64,000 nt of DNA. Origin: Salinispira sp. (GTDB lineage: Bacteria > Spirochaetota > Spirochaetia > DSM-27196 > Salinispiraceae). Positions 40,598-49,745 of this stretch are shown piece after piece (position 1 is the first letter of the stretch; each line of letters opens with the position of its first letter). Below the pieces are notes generated by a model. That model did not search any database, was not told where the DNA came from, and was given only the letters and a program-made list of their open reading frames with translations. The DNA is taken from the NCBI GenBank assembly GCA_965602015.1, contig OZ271918.1, forward strand, positions 1,888,001-1,952,000. Direction: 5' to 3'. A program made the translations under genes and the position numbers.

Positions 40598-40668
40598 AAT
40601 TCCTCCAGGTGGAAGAATTATTTCATTTCAGGCTCAGGCTGTGCAGGGCCTGGTAAATTGACGCTTAC

Positions 40669-41254
40669 GTTTGTTCAGGCAAATACTGAAATAGTTATTC
40701 GGCGGGGTGCGCGGGGTACTCCTTACTCATTTCCTTATACACGTTCAGATGGTACAACTATTCAAGTGAAGCACCCAGATGGCGAGTATTATGACGGATT
40801 GCTGGATTTACAAGCTTTCGGAGTTTCATTATTCGATGATCCATTAATTGTACAGACAGTTGCAACTGATAATCTGAAAGATTCAAGAAATGTCATCTAT
40901 GCCCCTGCAGGAAGATATTCAGGAGGTTTATATGATGATCATTATAGCGAAGTTTATGATGAATATATATGGCTCCAAAATCCGGAACTTGGTATAGGAT
41001 TGAATACAGGTGTGTATTTACATTTAGGTAGTAACACACTGTCTGCATTGAGCTGGGCATGTCAGATGCTCTACCGCACTGACTACAATGAACTCTCCGA
41101 TAGGATGAAATCAGGGGGATATCGTTTTGAAGGTAGACGCCCATTTCGTGGTGCAACTGAAGTAAAACCGTCGCACTATATTGATGTTCGAATATATGGA
41201 GATGCACTACCGCCAGAGTCTGAATACAGCTCTCATGGATTTAGTTTTTATTGA
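40669..41254 (+). pseudogene. Remnant C-terminal toxin 2, possibly an L,D-transpeptidase-fold peptidoglycan toxin
   Basis: Open frame from the IS66 end; YLHLGSNTLSALSWAC resembles an H-x(n)-S-x-G-C motif; AT-rich. Confidence 0.55.
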
Positions 41255-41265
41255 GGTTAAAATGT

Positions 41266-42054
41266 ATGAAATGTAATTTAAAGACAATTATATTTATAAG
41301 TTTGCTTTTTTCTCTTTTAAGCTGCAACAAGATAAATGCGTTAGATTTAACTGGTAGAGAGTACACAGCTTGGAATATTACGTTCAGATTCCAAAAGACA
41401 GAAGTAATGATTGAACAATATGACGACACTGCATACACAGGACCAACAGGAATTGTAAATTACTCAATTGCTAACAGATCAGGGGTTGACTATTTGATTT
41501 TAGATTCAAATGGTTACGAAGTCGAATATCTAATTATCCAAGATGATTGGTTATTATTTTTATATGATGGAGATCGAAAGGATCCAATATTTATCGGAAT
41601 TACTTCGCACCCGAGTGATTTGGTTGCATTTTCGGTTTTAGGAGATTTGCCGTTAGACTATGAAGCGAGCTCATATTATCAATTTGGGCAAGAAATGTAT
41701 CCCCCCGAAAATCTAGGGCGTATAGAGTTATTTCAGCCTTGGTGTGAAGGAGTTGAAGGTTTTGGCGTCGGAGAAACAATTATTGTCAGAAACGCTGATA
41801 CTACTATCACTCTTTCAAATGGCTTTGTTTCATACTCACGCCCAGAATTATACGAATGGAACAGCAGGATAAAATCTATCAAGGTTCGTTCTTTGTTAAC
41901 CGATGAAAGCTTTATTGTTGATTTAGAGGATACGCCTCACTTACAGTACTTCGTGCTACCTGTAGAAGGCAAATCTGATTATGAAATTACAATTCTTGAG
42001 GTGTATCCAGGGGAGAAATTTGAGGATGCATGTGTGAACTTCATTTTTTCGTAA
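41266..42054 (+). CDS. Lipoprotein with NADase-type/discoidin-like glycan-binding domain; putative immunity protein 2
   Basis: Lipobox LLSC; PWCEGVEGFGVGE...NGF...NSRIK...LEDT...ILEVYPGEKFEDAC; SD GAGG before ATG 41266. Confidence 0.7.
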   Translation: MKCNLKTIIFISLLFSLLSCNKINALDLTGREYTAWNITFRFQKTEVMIEQYDDTAYTGPTGIVNYSIANRSGVDYLILDSNGYEVEYLIIQDDWLLFLYDGDRKDPIFIGITSHPSDLVAFSVLGDLPLDYEASSYYQFGQEMYPPENLGRIELFQPWCEGVEGFGVGETIIVRNADTTITLSNGFVSYSRPELYEWNSRIKSIKVRSLLTDESFIVDLEDTPHLQYFVLPVEGKSDYEITILEVYPGEKFEDACVNFIFS

Positions 42055-42120
42055 GAAAAATTGAAATTCTAATTAATAGCATGCTGCATTTCAGTTCATT
42101 TCTTGTATTGCCGTATACAC

Positions 42121-42189
42121 CCCATAAGACCTGACTTGAGCTGCGCCGGATCCAATCCCGGCGTCAGCTCCAAGTATCCTTCTTATGGG
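42121..42189 (-). repeat. 69-bp attC-like palindrome, copy 2
   Basis: CCCATAAGA...TCTTATGGG, identical to copy 3. Confidence 0.88.
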
Positions 42190-42323
42190 GGTTGAGCCGG
42201 CAAACGAGTTCTTTGAAATACGTCAGTCAGTGACGGACCAATCGAAGAGCATCTTGCTCCGGCCGGGCAAGAACTCTTCTGCAGACCGCTGATGCTTTCA
42301 GCAGCCTGCAGAAGAGAAAAACT

Positions 42324-42695
42324 TCACACTACAAAACGCTTGAAGTCCACCCGGCTACCGTTGAAGTTTACCAGGTAGCCCACCCGCAGCCCAGAAAGCC
42401 TGAGGTAGTTTATGAGCTGGGCTTCCATAACTGGAGTGAGCTTGGAAACACTTTTTAGTTCGAGGATGAGCTTTCCTTCAATTACCAGGTCTGCAATGTA
42501 CGCCCCGGCAAGCTCGCCTTTGTAGTACACCGGATACACCTTCTGCTGTTCCACCGCCAGATTCAGCCTGCGACACTCAATAACCAGCGCACCCTCGTAC
42601 GCGCTTTCCAAAAGCCCGGGACCCAGGATGTTGTGCACCGAATACAACGCTCCCACCACCGTGTAGGACAGTTCCTTGAAAAGATACTCAGCCAT
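42324..42695 (-). CDS. GxxExxY protein, copy 2
   Basis: 123 aa, about 5 substitutions relative to copy 1. Confidence 0.92.
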   Translation of the reverse strand: MAEYLFKELSYTVVGALYSVHNILGPGLLESAYEGALVIECRRLNLAVEQQKVYPVYYKGELAGAYIADLVIEGKLILELKSVSKLTPVMEAQLINYLRLSGLRVGYLVNFNGSRVDFKRFVV

Positions 42696-42794
42696 GCTGA
42701 CCTCCTTTTTTCAGGAGGCAGTCTCGAAGTGTCAACGCCGGAATGAAATTGCAGTTTTTCACCGGAGTTAAATTGCAGACTTCCGGCAAATTTT

Positions 42795-43556
42795 TTAGAA
42801 GTCAACGACTCCGATTTTCATTCGATCCTTCATCCGATACGAGTCTCCTTTCAGGCTGATCACATGGGAGTGATGAAGCAGCCGGTCCAAAGTGGCCGTA
42901 GCAACTGCGTCATCAGTCATGATTTCTCCCCACTTCCCGAATACTTTGTTGCTGGTCAGAATGATTGATCCATGCTCATAGCGGGTATTGATCAGCTGGA
43001 AAAACAAGGCTGCCTGCTCAGCATTCAGGTTTTCATACCCAACTTCATCAATCAACAGAACGTGGGGTTTGCCAAACCAGGTCAGTTTGTTTTTCAATCT
43101 TCCCTGATCCCGGGAACGCTGTAATCGTTCAAGCAAATCAAGACAGCTGATGAAATAGGCCGTATACCCATTCATACATGCCTTCTGTCCAAGCGCTGTC
43201 ATGAGGTGCGTTTTACCCAATCCACTGGGACCAAGCAGAATGACATTCTCTTTACGTTCAATGAACGCAAGGGTGGACAGTTCGTTGAACTGCTTGTGTG
43301 TAAGACCGCCTTTCGGCCATGACAGATCAAAGGATTCAAGATTCTTTCCCTGGGGAATTCCTGAAACCTTCAAGCGGGTTTTGGCCATTCGTTCCTTTCG
43401 GGGAATCAGTTCCAGATCAATGAGTTCTCCGATCGCTTCAATCAGAGGCGCATCCTGATTCACCTGGCTTGAGAGAAAACTGTCCAGACCGGCAGCCATG
43501 AAGCTCAAACCCAACTCTTCCATACGGGCTGTAATCATTGTGCTTTTACTAGTCAT
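42795..43556 (-). CDS. istB: IS21 helper ATPase IstB
   Basis: GPSGLGKTHL, LLIDEVGY, TSN, LDRLLHH, GDSYR. Confidence 0.96.
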   Translation of the reverse strand: MTSKSTMITARMEELGLSFMAAGLDSFLSSQVNQDAPLIEAIGELIDLELIPRKERMAKTRLKVSGIPQGKNLESFDLSWPKGGLTHKQFNELSTLAFIERKENVILLGPSGLGKTHLMTALGQKACMNGYTAYFISCLDLLERLQRSRDQGRLKNKLTWFGKPHVLLIDEVGYENLNAEQAALFFQLINTRYEHGSIILTSNKVFGKWGEIMTDDAVATATLDRLLHHSHVISLKGDSYRMKDRMKIGVVDF

Positions 43557-44803
43557 GAGGCCGCCTCCTGCAGTGCAAACAAGCGGTCGTACTCCCCAGG
43601 TGAGCGGACATCAACATCGGTAGAAACCTTTATCCGTTTTCTTCTCTTGGGTATCCGGTACTGCCTTTTCCAGAGCTCGGTCAGCGCCGCTGAGTGTTCA
43701 GCCAGGTAGAACCGTTGATTTCGCAATTCGAGGTTAAGCATGAAGGTTCGGATGATCTGATCCTCTGATGATACTTCGGCCTCACCGGTGAGCGGATCGA
43801 TACGTACAATTACCTCTGCACCAATGAATTGCGGGTGAACGCTGTACCAGTTGTTTCTCACCCGTACCAGAGATTCACCGGAGACACGCACATTGGTCGG
43901 TTTCCGGTAATCAAACGGCTGCGTTGGTAAGGGGGTAAGGAAAGCCTTTTCATGCGTAAAGCGTTCTGATCGGCTTTCATTGAGCCCGCCGATGACTCTG
44001 TGGCTGATATCCTCGCACCAGGTGATGACTGCTTCGTTTAACTCAATCAGTCCAGCTGGCAGTGCTTTGTGCTCGATCCAGAAGTTGTTCTCGTAGAACT
44101 GGATGAACCGTTCGACCTTTCCTTTGGTCTGAGGCCGGCGGACCTGGCATCGGCGGGGTGTGAATCCATAGTGCCGGGCCAGAGACAGCAGGTGCTTGTT
44201 GACCTGCCATTTCTCCTCTGCGGCCTGGTAGATAAAGGCGGTTTTCATGTTGTCGTACAGGATTTCTTCCGGCACCCCGCCAAAATATGTGAATGCCAAT
44301 ACGTGGCACATCAGAAAGGTGGCCATGTCCATGCTCGTGGTATGAATGACAAACGGCATTCTCGAGTAGCCGAATACCATGACAAAGGCATAGAGTTTCT
44401 GCCACCGTCCGTCCACCAGCTGTTTTCCCAGGATTTTCCAATCCACCTGAGCCTGGTAGCCCGGTTCGGTTTCGAACCGGATAACTGCCTGTTTTGTGAT
44501 ATCTGCAGCCTTCCTGGCAGCATAATCCCTGAGGATTGTGACCCCGCCATCGTATTTCTGTTTTCGCAGGTTCCTCAACAGAACCTCCCGATTGAAGGAC
44601 GGGTCTTCCTCGAGTATAGTGTCGATGTAGGGTTTGAACGGATCGAGCTTGCTCGTGTAATTCCGCTTCTTTCGAGACCTTGAAGGCTCTGCAAGGTAGT
44701 AGTGAACCATGCGTTCACTTTTTCCCAGGGCTTCGGCGATCTGACCGATTCTCTTACCCTGTTGTTTCAACATCTGTGCTTCATGCATCAGTAGCTCCAG
44801 CAT
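43553..44803 (-). CDS. istA: IS21 transposase IstA
   Basis: RFETEPGYQAQVDW, YDNMKT, PQTKGKVER. Confidence 0.96.
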   Translation of the reverse strand: MLELLMHEAQMLKQQGKRIGQIAEALGKSERMVHYYLAEPSRSRKKRNYTSKLDPFKPYIDTILEEDPSFNREVLLRNLRKQKYDGGVTILRDYAARKAADITKQAVIRFETEPGYQAQVDWKILGKQLVDGRWQKLYAFVMVFGYSRMPFVIHTTSMDMATFLMCHVLAFTYFGGVPEEILYDNMKTAFIYQAAEEKWQVNKHLLSLARHYGFTPRRCQVRRPQTKGKVERFIQFYENNFWIEHKALPAGLIELNEAVITWCEDISHRVIGGLNESRSERFTHEKAFLTPLPTQPFDYRKPTNVRVSGESLVRVRNNWYSVHPQFIGAEVIVRIDPLTGEAEVSSEDQIIRTFMLNLELRNQRFYLAEHSAALTELWKRQYRIPKRRKRIKVSTDVDVRSPGEYDRLFALQEAAS

Positions 44804-45248
44804 TTTAGGGCGTGCTCCTTACTTGAATGATTGTGTGGTAACAACCATTACAAGGTAGCATCGCCCTTTTTTTCAAGCCGGAGTCTGCAATTTTAGTCCG
44901 GTGATTTCCTGCAATTTAGCACCGGTGATGACACGAAGCGACGAGTGGTCAACGCCCCTGAGCGAAGCGCGGCTTGACCGCGAGGAGCGGAGAGATACAC
45001 TTGAGAAAAACGGAGGGAAGCCAAGGCAAAAAAGCCTGAAAATGTCGGGCAAATGCGGTGCGAATCCTCGCGCCCCATTCATTCCTTTCTTTCAACATAT
45101 CGTCAGCAGAAAAATCCCTTTTGCAAAACCGCCCCGGTCACCAAACCAAATCCGTGATTATTGGTGCTGATACGTGGTAGACCCCAACTCCCTGATACGT
45201 GGCTTTCTCTCATCCCCCCGACTTTAGAAAATTCTCACCGCCGAACTT

Positions 45249-45925
45249 ATGGGCCGCAACGAGTTCTACAACTACACCCCCGACGGCAACCGCTCCATGC
45301 GAAGCATCCTCGCCGGCAGCATGCAGAGTGAACAATACCAGTACTACCCCAACTCAGACCTGCTCCAATACGACGGAACCTACTACTATGCCTATGATGA
45401 GAACGGCAACCTCACAGAACGGGGAGACAGCGCCACAATCACCGGCACTAAAATCACCATTAACCGGACATTAACCTACCGCCACTACAGCTGGGACCTG
45501 TTAAACCGCCTGGAAAACGTCGAAGAGCTCGATGAAGAAGGCAATCTGGAAGTAATAAAAGAATACGGCTATGATGTGAATAACCTGAGGATATGGGAGA
45601 AAAACCGACACGGCCAAATCACCCATTACGTCTACGACCAAAAGGGCAACAGAATCGAGCGGCACACCGACGAAAGAAGCGAATACTACATCTTCAGAAA
45701 CCTCCGCCACATCGCCAAACGGGTGGTAGACCACAGCACAAACACGGAAAAGACCTATTTCTACGGCACAGACCACCTGGGAAGCACCGTGCTGATGACA
45801 GACGAAGACGGCAACGAAGTCTTCTCCGGCGAAACCACCCCCTTCGGCGACTCGGTATCCGAATTAGGACCCATGGCCGACACAGAAAACCTCATGTACA
45901 CCGGAAAGGACCTGGATGAAGATAC
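45249..45925 (+). pseudogene. Rhs cassette 3 core fragment truncated by IS3
   Basis: Near-identical to 48279-48955 (3030-bp offset); breaks at YTGKDLDED at the IS end. Confidence 0.85.
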
Positions 45926-45975
45926 TGAACCGCCCCGGCTTTACCGGAGACAAAATCTTGTGAGAGGATGGAGTC

Positions 45976-46302
45976 ATGGTAAAGAAAAACAGCAGGTTTT
46001 CTGAGGAAGTTAAGGAGCGGGCAATCCGCATGGTATTCGCCGCCAAAGGTGAATATGATTCTCAGTGGGCCGCAATTGAGTCGATAGCTGAAAAGATAGG
46101 CTGTACTGCAGAGACGTTACGGCGGTGGGTTCGCCAAGCCGAGAAAGATAATGGTAGTCGGGAGGGACTTACAACCGACGAGAAGAAGCGAATCAAGGAG
46201 CTCGAGCGGGAGAACCGGGAGCTCAAGAAAGCCAATGAGATTCTACGTCTGGCTTCCGCATATTTCGCGAAGGCGGAGCTCGACCGCCAACACAAGAAAT
46301 AG
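45976..46302 (+). CDS. IS3 family transposase OrfA
   Basis: RFSEEVKERAIRMV...SQWAAIESIAEKIGCTAETLRRWVRQ...ANEILRLASAYFAKAE. Confidence 0.93.
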   Translation: MVKKNSRFSEEVKERAIRMVFAAKGEYDSQWAAIESIAEKIGCTAETLRRWVRQAEKDNGSREGLTTDEKKRIKELERENRELKKANEILRLASAYFAKAELDRQHKK

Positions 46303-47198
46303 TCTGCTTCATTGATGAACACCGCGATGACTATGGGGTCGAGCCGATTTGTACTCAGGTGCCAATCGCTCCTTCGGTGTACTACGAACAGAAAAAGCGA
46401 GTAAAACACCCTGAAACAGCTCCCGCAAGGGTAAAGCGCGATGAAATCCTGAAGCCAGAGATCCAGAGGGTTTGGGATGAGAATTATGAGGTTTACGGCG
46501 TTCGCAAGGTCTGGCACCAGCTGAAGCGAGAAGGATTCCAGATCGCACGATGTACCGTGGCCCGTCTCATGGCTGTCATGGGGCTTAAAGGCGTCATACG
46601 AGGCCGCAAGGTGCGAACCACAGTACCGGACCCGAAAAATGAACGTCCGCTCGATTTGGTGCACAGGGAATTCAGTGCCGACCGTCCGAATCAGCTGTGG
46701 GTGGCGGATTTCACTTATTGCGCGTCTTGGGTGGGTTTTGTATATGTGGCATTTATCATCGATGTATTTTCACGAATGATCGTCGGATGGCGTGCCTCGA
46801 GGTCCATGAGCGCAGAGCTGACGCTGGATGCTCTGGAACAAGCCCTGTGGGCAAGGCAACCTGAAAATGGGCTGATCCACCACAGTGATCGTGGGAGCCA
46901 GTATCTGTCAATCCGGTATTCTGACCGCTTAGCAGAAGAAGGCATTGCCCCATCTGTTGGGAGTGTAGGCAGCTCATATGACAACGCGCTGGCTGAAACC
47001 ATAAACGGACTGTACAAATCCGAAATGATCTACCGTAAAGGACCGTGGAAAAACCTGGATGCTATTGAGGCTGCTACGCTGGAATGGGTAAGCTGGTACA
47101 ACAATAAACGGATTTATGAAATCCTGGGATATATGCCTCCGGCAGAGTTTGAGAAGGCATATTATGATCAACTGCAAGACGCAGCCAGCGGGCTGTAG
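46299..47198 (+). CDS. IS3 family transposase OrfB (probably fused to OrfA by -1 frameshift)
   Basis: YGVRKVW, LWVADFTY, HHSDRGSQY, SYDNALAE; homologous frame starts at ATA 46299. Confidence 0.92.
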   Translation: MVCFIDEHRDDYGVEPICTQVPIAPSVYYEQKKRVKHPETAPARVKRDEILKPEIQRVWDENYEVYGVRKVWHQLKREGFQIARCTVARLMAVMGLKGVIRGRKVRTTVPDPKNERPLDLVHREFSADRPNQLWVADFTYCASWVGFVYVAFIIDVFSRMIVGWRASRSMSAELTLDALEQALWARQPENGLIHHSDRGSQYLSIRYSDRLAEEGIAPSVGSVGSSYDNALAETINGLYKSEMIYRKGPWKNLDAIEAATLEWVSWYNNKRIYEILGYMPPAEFEKAYYDQLQDAASGL

Positions 47199-47317
47199 TC
47201 ATACAAAACACTCTCCGGGATTCCCGGGGCGGTTCAGTCTGAAACACATTGCAAAAAAAAGATGTTGCTCTAAAGTTCATAAACAATCATTTATCATGAT
47301 TACCATAAAGCATTTTC

Positions 47318-47386
47318 CCCATAAGACCTGACTTGAGCTGCGCCGGATCCAATCCCGGCGTCAGCTCCAAGTATCCTTCTTATGGG
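47318..47386 (-). repeat. 69-bp attC-like palindrome, copy 3
   Basis: Identical to copy 2. Confidence 0.88.
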
Positions 47387-47520
47387 GGTTGAGCCGGCAA
47401 ACGAGTTCTTTGAAATACGTCAGTCAGTGACGGACCAATCGAAGAGCATCTTGCTCCGGCCGGGCAAGAACTCTTCTGCAGACCGCTGATGCTTTCAGCA
47501 GCCTGCAGAAGAGAAAAACT

Positions 47521-47892
47521 TCACACTACAAAACGCTTGAAGTCCACCCGGCTACCGTTGAAGTTTACCAGGTAGCCCACCCGCAGCCCAGAAAGCCTGA
47601 GGTAGTTTATGAGCTGGGCTTCCATGACCGGCGTAAGCTTAGAAACGCTCTTGAGCTCGAGAATGACCTTGCCCTCGACCACCAGGTCGGCAATGTATGC
47701 TCCGGCAAGCTCCCCTTTGTAGTACACCGGATAGACCTTCTGCTGTTCCACCGTGAGATTTAACCTCCGGCACTCAATAACCAGAGCCCCCTCGTACGCG
47801 CTTTCCAAAAGCCCGGGACCCAGGATGTTGTGCACCGAATACAACGCCCCTACCACCGTGTATGACAGTTCCTTGAAAAGATACTCAGCCAT
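47521..47892 (-). CDS. GxxExxY protein, copy 3
   Basis: 123 aa; nucleotide mosaic of copies 1 and 2. Confidence 0.92.
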   Translation of the reverse strand: MAEYLFKELSYTVVGALYSVHNILGPGLLESAYEGALVIECRRLNLTVEQQKVYPVYYKGELAGAYIADLVVEGKVILELKSVSKLTPVMEAQLINYLRLSGLRVGYLVNFNGSRVDFKRFVV

Positions 47893-48278
47893 GCTGACCT
47901 CCTTTTTCAAGGAAGCAGTCTCGCAGCGACGAGCGGTCAATGCCCGATAATTGGCGTACCGCAGCCATCATGCATGGCGAGGAACGCCAATATGAAGAGC
48001 GAAGCGCGGCTTGACCGCGAGGAGCGCAGAGATACAATGAAAAAACGGAGGGAAGCCAGACAGCACAGCTCAAGCCCGTGAAATAAGGCGCGAATCCTCG
48101 CGCCCCATTCATTTCTTTCTTTCAACATACCGTCGGCAGAGAAATCCCTTTTACCAAACTGCCCCGGTCACCAAACCAAATCCGTGAATATTGGTGCTGA
48201 TACGTGGTAGACCCCAACTCCCTGATACGTGGCTTTCTCTCATCCCCCCGACTTTAGAAAATTCTCACCGCCGAACTT

Positions 48279-49745
48279 ATGGGCCGCAACGAGTTCTACA
48301 ACTACACCCCCGACGGCAACCGCTCCATGCGAAGCATCCTCGCCGGCAGCATGCAGAGCGAACAATACCAGTACTACCCCAACTCAGACCTGCTCCAATA
48401 CGACGGAACCTACTACTATGCCTATGATGAGAACGGCAACCTCACAGAACGGGGAGACAGCGCCACAATCACCGGCACTAAAATCACCATTAACCGGACA
48501 TTAACCTACCGCCACTACAGCTGGGACCTGTTAAACCGCCTGGAAAACGTCGAAGAGCTCGATGAAGAAGGCAATCTGGAAGTAATAAAAGAATACGGCT
48601 ATGATGTGAATAACCTGAGGATATGGGAGAAAAACCGACACGGCCAAATCACCCATTACGTCTACGACCAAAAGGGCAACAGAATCGAGCGGCACACCGA
48701 CGAAAGAAGTGAATACTACATATTCAGAAACCTCCGCCACATCGCCAAACGGGTGGTTGACCACAGCACAAACACCGAAAAGATCTACTTCTACGGCACA
48801 GACCACCTGGGAAGTACCGTGCTGATGACAGACGAAGACGGCAACGAAGTCTTCTCAGCAGAAACCACTCCCTTCGGCGACTCGGTATCAGAATTAGGAC
48901 CCATGGCCGACACAGAACACCTCATGTACACCGGCAAGGACCTGGATGAAGATACCGGGCTGTACTACTTTAATGCACGGTGGTATGACCCGGGGACCGG
49001 GCGGTTTATAAGCGAGGATCCTGCACGGTTCGGTTCGAACTGGTATCGGTATGCAGCGAGCAATCCCCTCAAATACTTCGATCCAACCGGATTGAATGAA
49101 GTGAGCTGGGGTACGAGCATATTCGATGCCGGGGAATTTCATACAGAGAGTAGTGAGAACTATGAAAACGCAGAAGAAACAACGACAGAAGTTGCTACCT
49201 ATGAGGATCTTACTGAGCAGATCAATCACGTCTCCACTGGTATCTCTACCCAGGACACGATAACCCGACAGACAGAAAAATTAGCTGAGCTATCACAACA
49301 AGATACCAGCGGCATGACGATTGATGAATTTCTTGCCTTCCAACAAGAGATGCAGGATTTAGCGAAGGAGCTGCTCCAAGGAATCCAGGATTATGAAGCT
49401 GCGGGGTATGACACTGATAGAGTGCTCACTGGTTTAGCACTAAACGAATCAAATGGGCACCAAAGCGCTTCGTGGGAAATAAATCGAAATACAATATGGG
49501 GCATAGCTGAAATTATCGGTGGTGGAACAGTAATTGGATTATCATGGGTTTCAGCAGCTTCGCTGGCACCTACAACAGGGGGGACATCAGCGATGGTTGG
49601 CTACAATGGCACATTATTTGGGAGCGCTCTATTGGCACATGGATTAAACAGAGTAACTGGAAATACAAACCAAACTGTAATCGAGGATTTAAAGCAAATC
49701 ATTACGCCGCCAATTGCAGAACTTGGAAAAATAAGGACGGAATAG
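48279..49745 (+). CDS. Orphan Rhs cassette 4: Rhs core plus C-terminal toxin 4
   Basis: YD-like repeats, DHLGST, YYFNARWYDPGTGRFISEDP, PLKYFDPTGL; hydrophobic Gly/Ala-rich tail. Confidence 0.9.
   Translation: MGRNEFYNYTPDGNRSMRSILAGSMQSEQYQYYPNSDLLQYDGTYYYAYDENGNLTERGDSATITGTKITINRTLTYRHYSWDLLNRLENVEELDEEGNLEVIKEYGYDVNNLRIWEKNRHGQITHYVYDQKGNRIERHTDERSEYYIFRNLRHIAKRVVDHSTNTEKIYFYGTDHLGSTVLMTDEDGNEVFSAETTPFGDSVSELGPMADTEHLMYTGKDLDEDTGLYYFNARWYDPGTGRFISEDPARFGSNWYRYAASNPLKYFDPTGLNEVSWGTSIFDAGEFHTESSENYENAEETTTEVATYEDLTEQINHVSTGISTQDTITRQTEKLAELSQQDTSGMTIDEFLAFQQEMQDLAKELLQGIQDYEAAGYDTDRVLTGLALNESNGHQSASWEINRNTIWGIAEIIGGGTVIGLSWVSAASLAPTTGGTSAMVGYNGTLFGSALLAHGLNRVTGNTNQTVIEDLKQIITPPIAELGKIRTE

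Larger units (their letters stand above)
38316..40668 (-). mobile_element. IS66 family element (tnpA-tnpB-tnpC)
   Basis: Perfect 15-bp TIR GTAAGCGTCAATTTA at both ends; three-gene layout; no target duplication. Confidence 0.95.
42730..44933 (-). mobile_element. IS21 family element (istA-istB)
   Basis: TGTCA...TGACA ends; repeated CCGG-N4-AAATTGCAG subterminal motifs; 5-bp TSD CGAAG at 42725-42729 and 44934-44938. Confidence 0.95.
45926..47236 (+). mobile_element. IS3 family element, IS629-like (IS51 group), 1311 bp
   Basis: TIRs TGAACCGCCCCGG / CCGGGGCGGTTCA; orfA-orfB layout; no target duplication. Confidence 0.95.

Noticed and set aside
40571..40668. N-terminus of the 227-aa ORF 40571-41254
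   Set aside because: Lies inside the IS66 end; the real coding remnant begins after 40668.
45926..46004. C-terminus of ORF 45249-46004 as a toxin tip
   Set aside because: Read-through into the IS3 left end.
45249..48955. Near-identical Rhs repeats as a diversity-generating retroelement template/variable pair
   Set aside because: No reverse transcriptase; differences are not adenine-specific and are mostly synonymous.
49544..49744. First 67 codons of ORF 49544-49975
   Set aside because: Overlaps the toxin in another frame; the coupled GTG at 49745 is the more plausible start.
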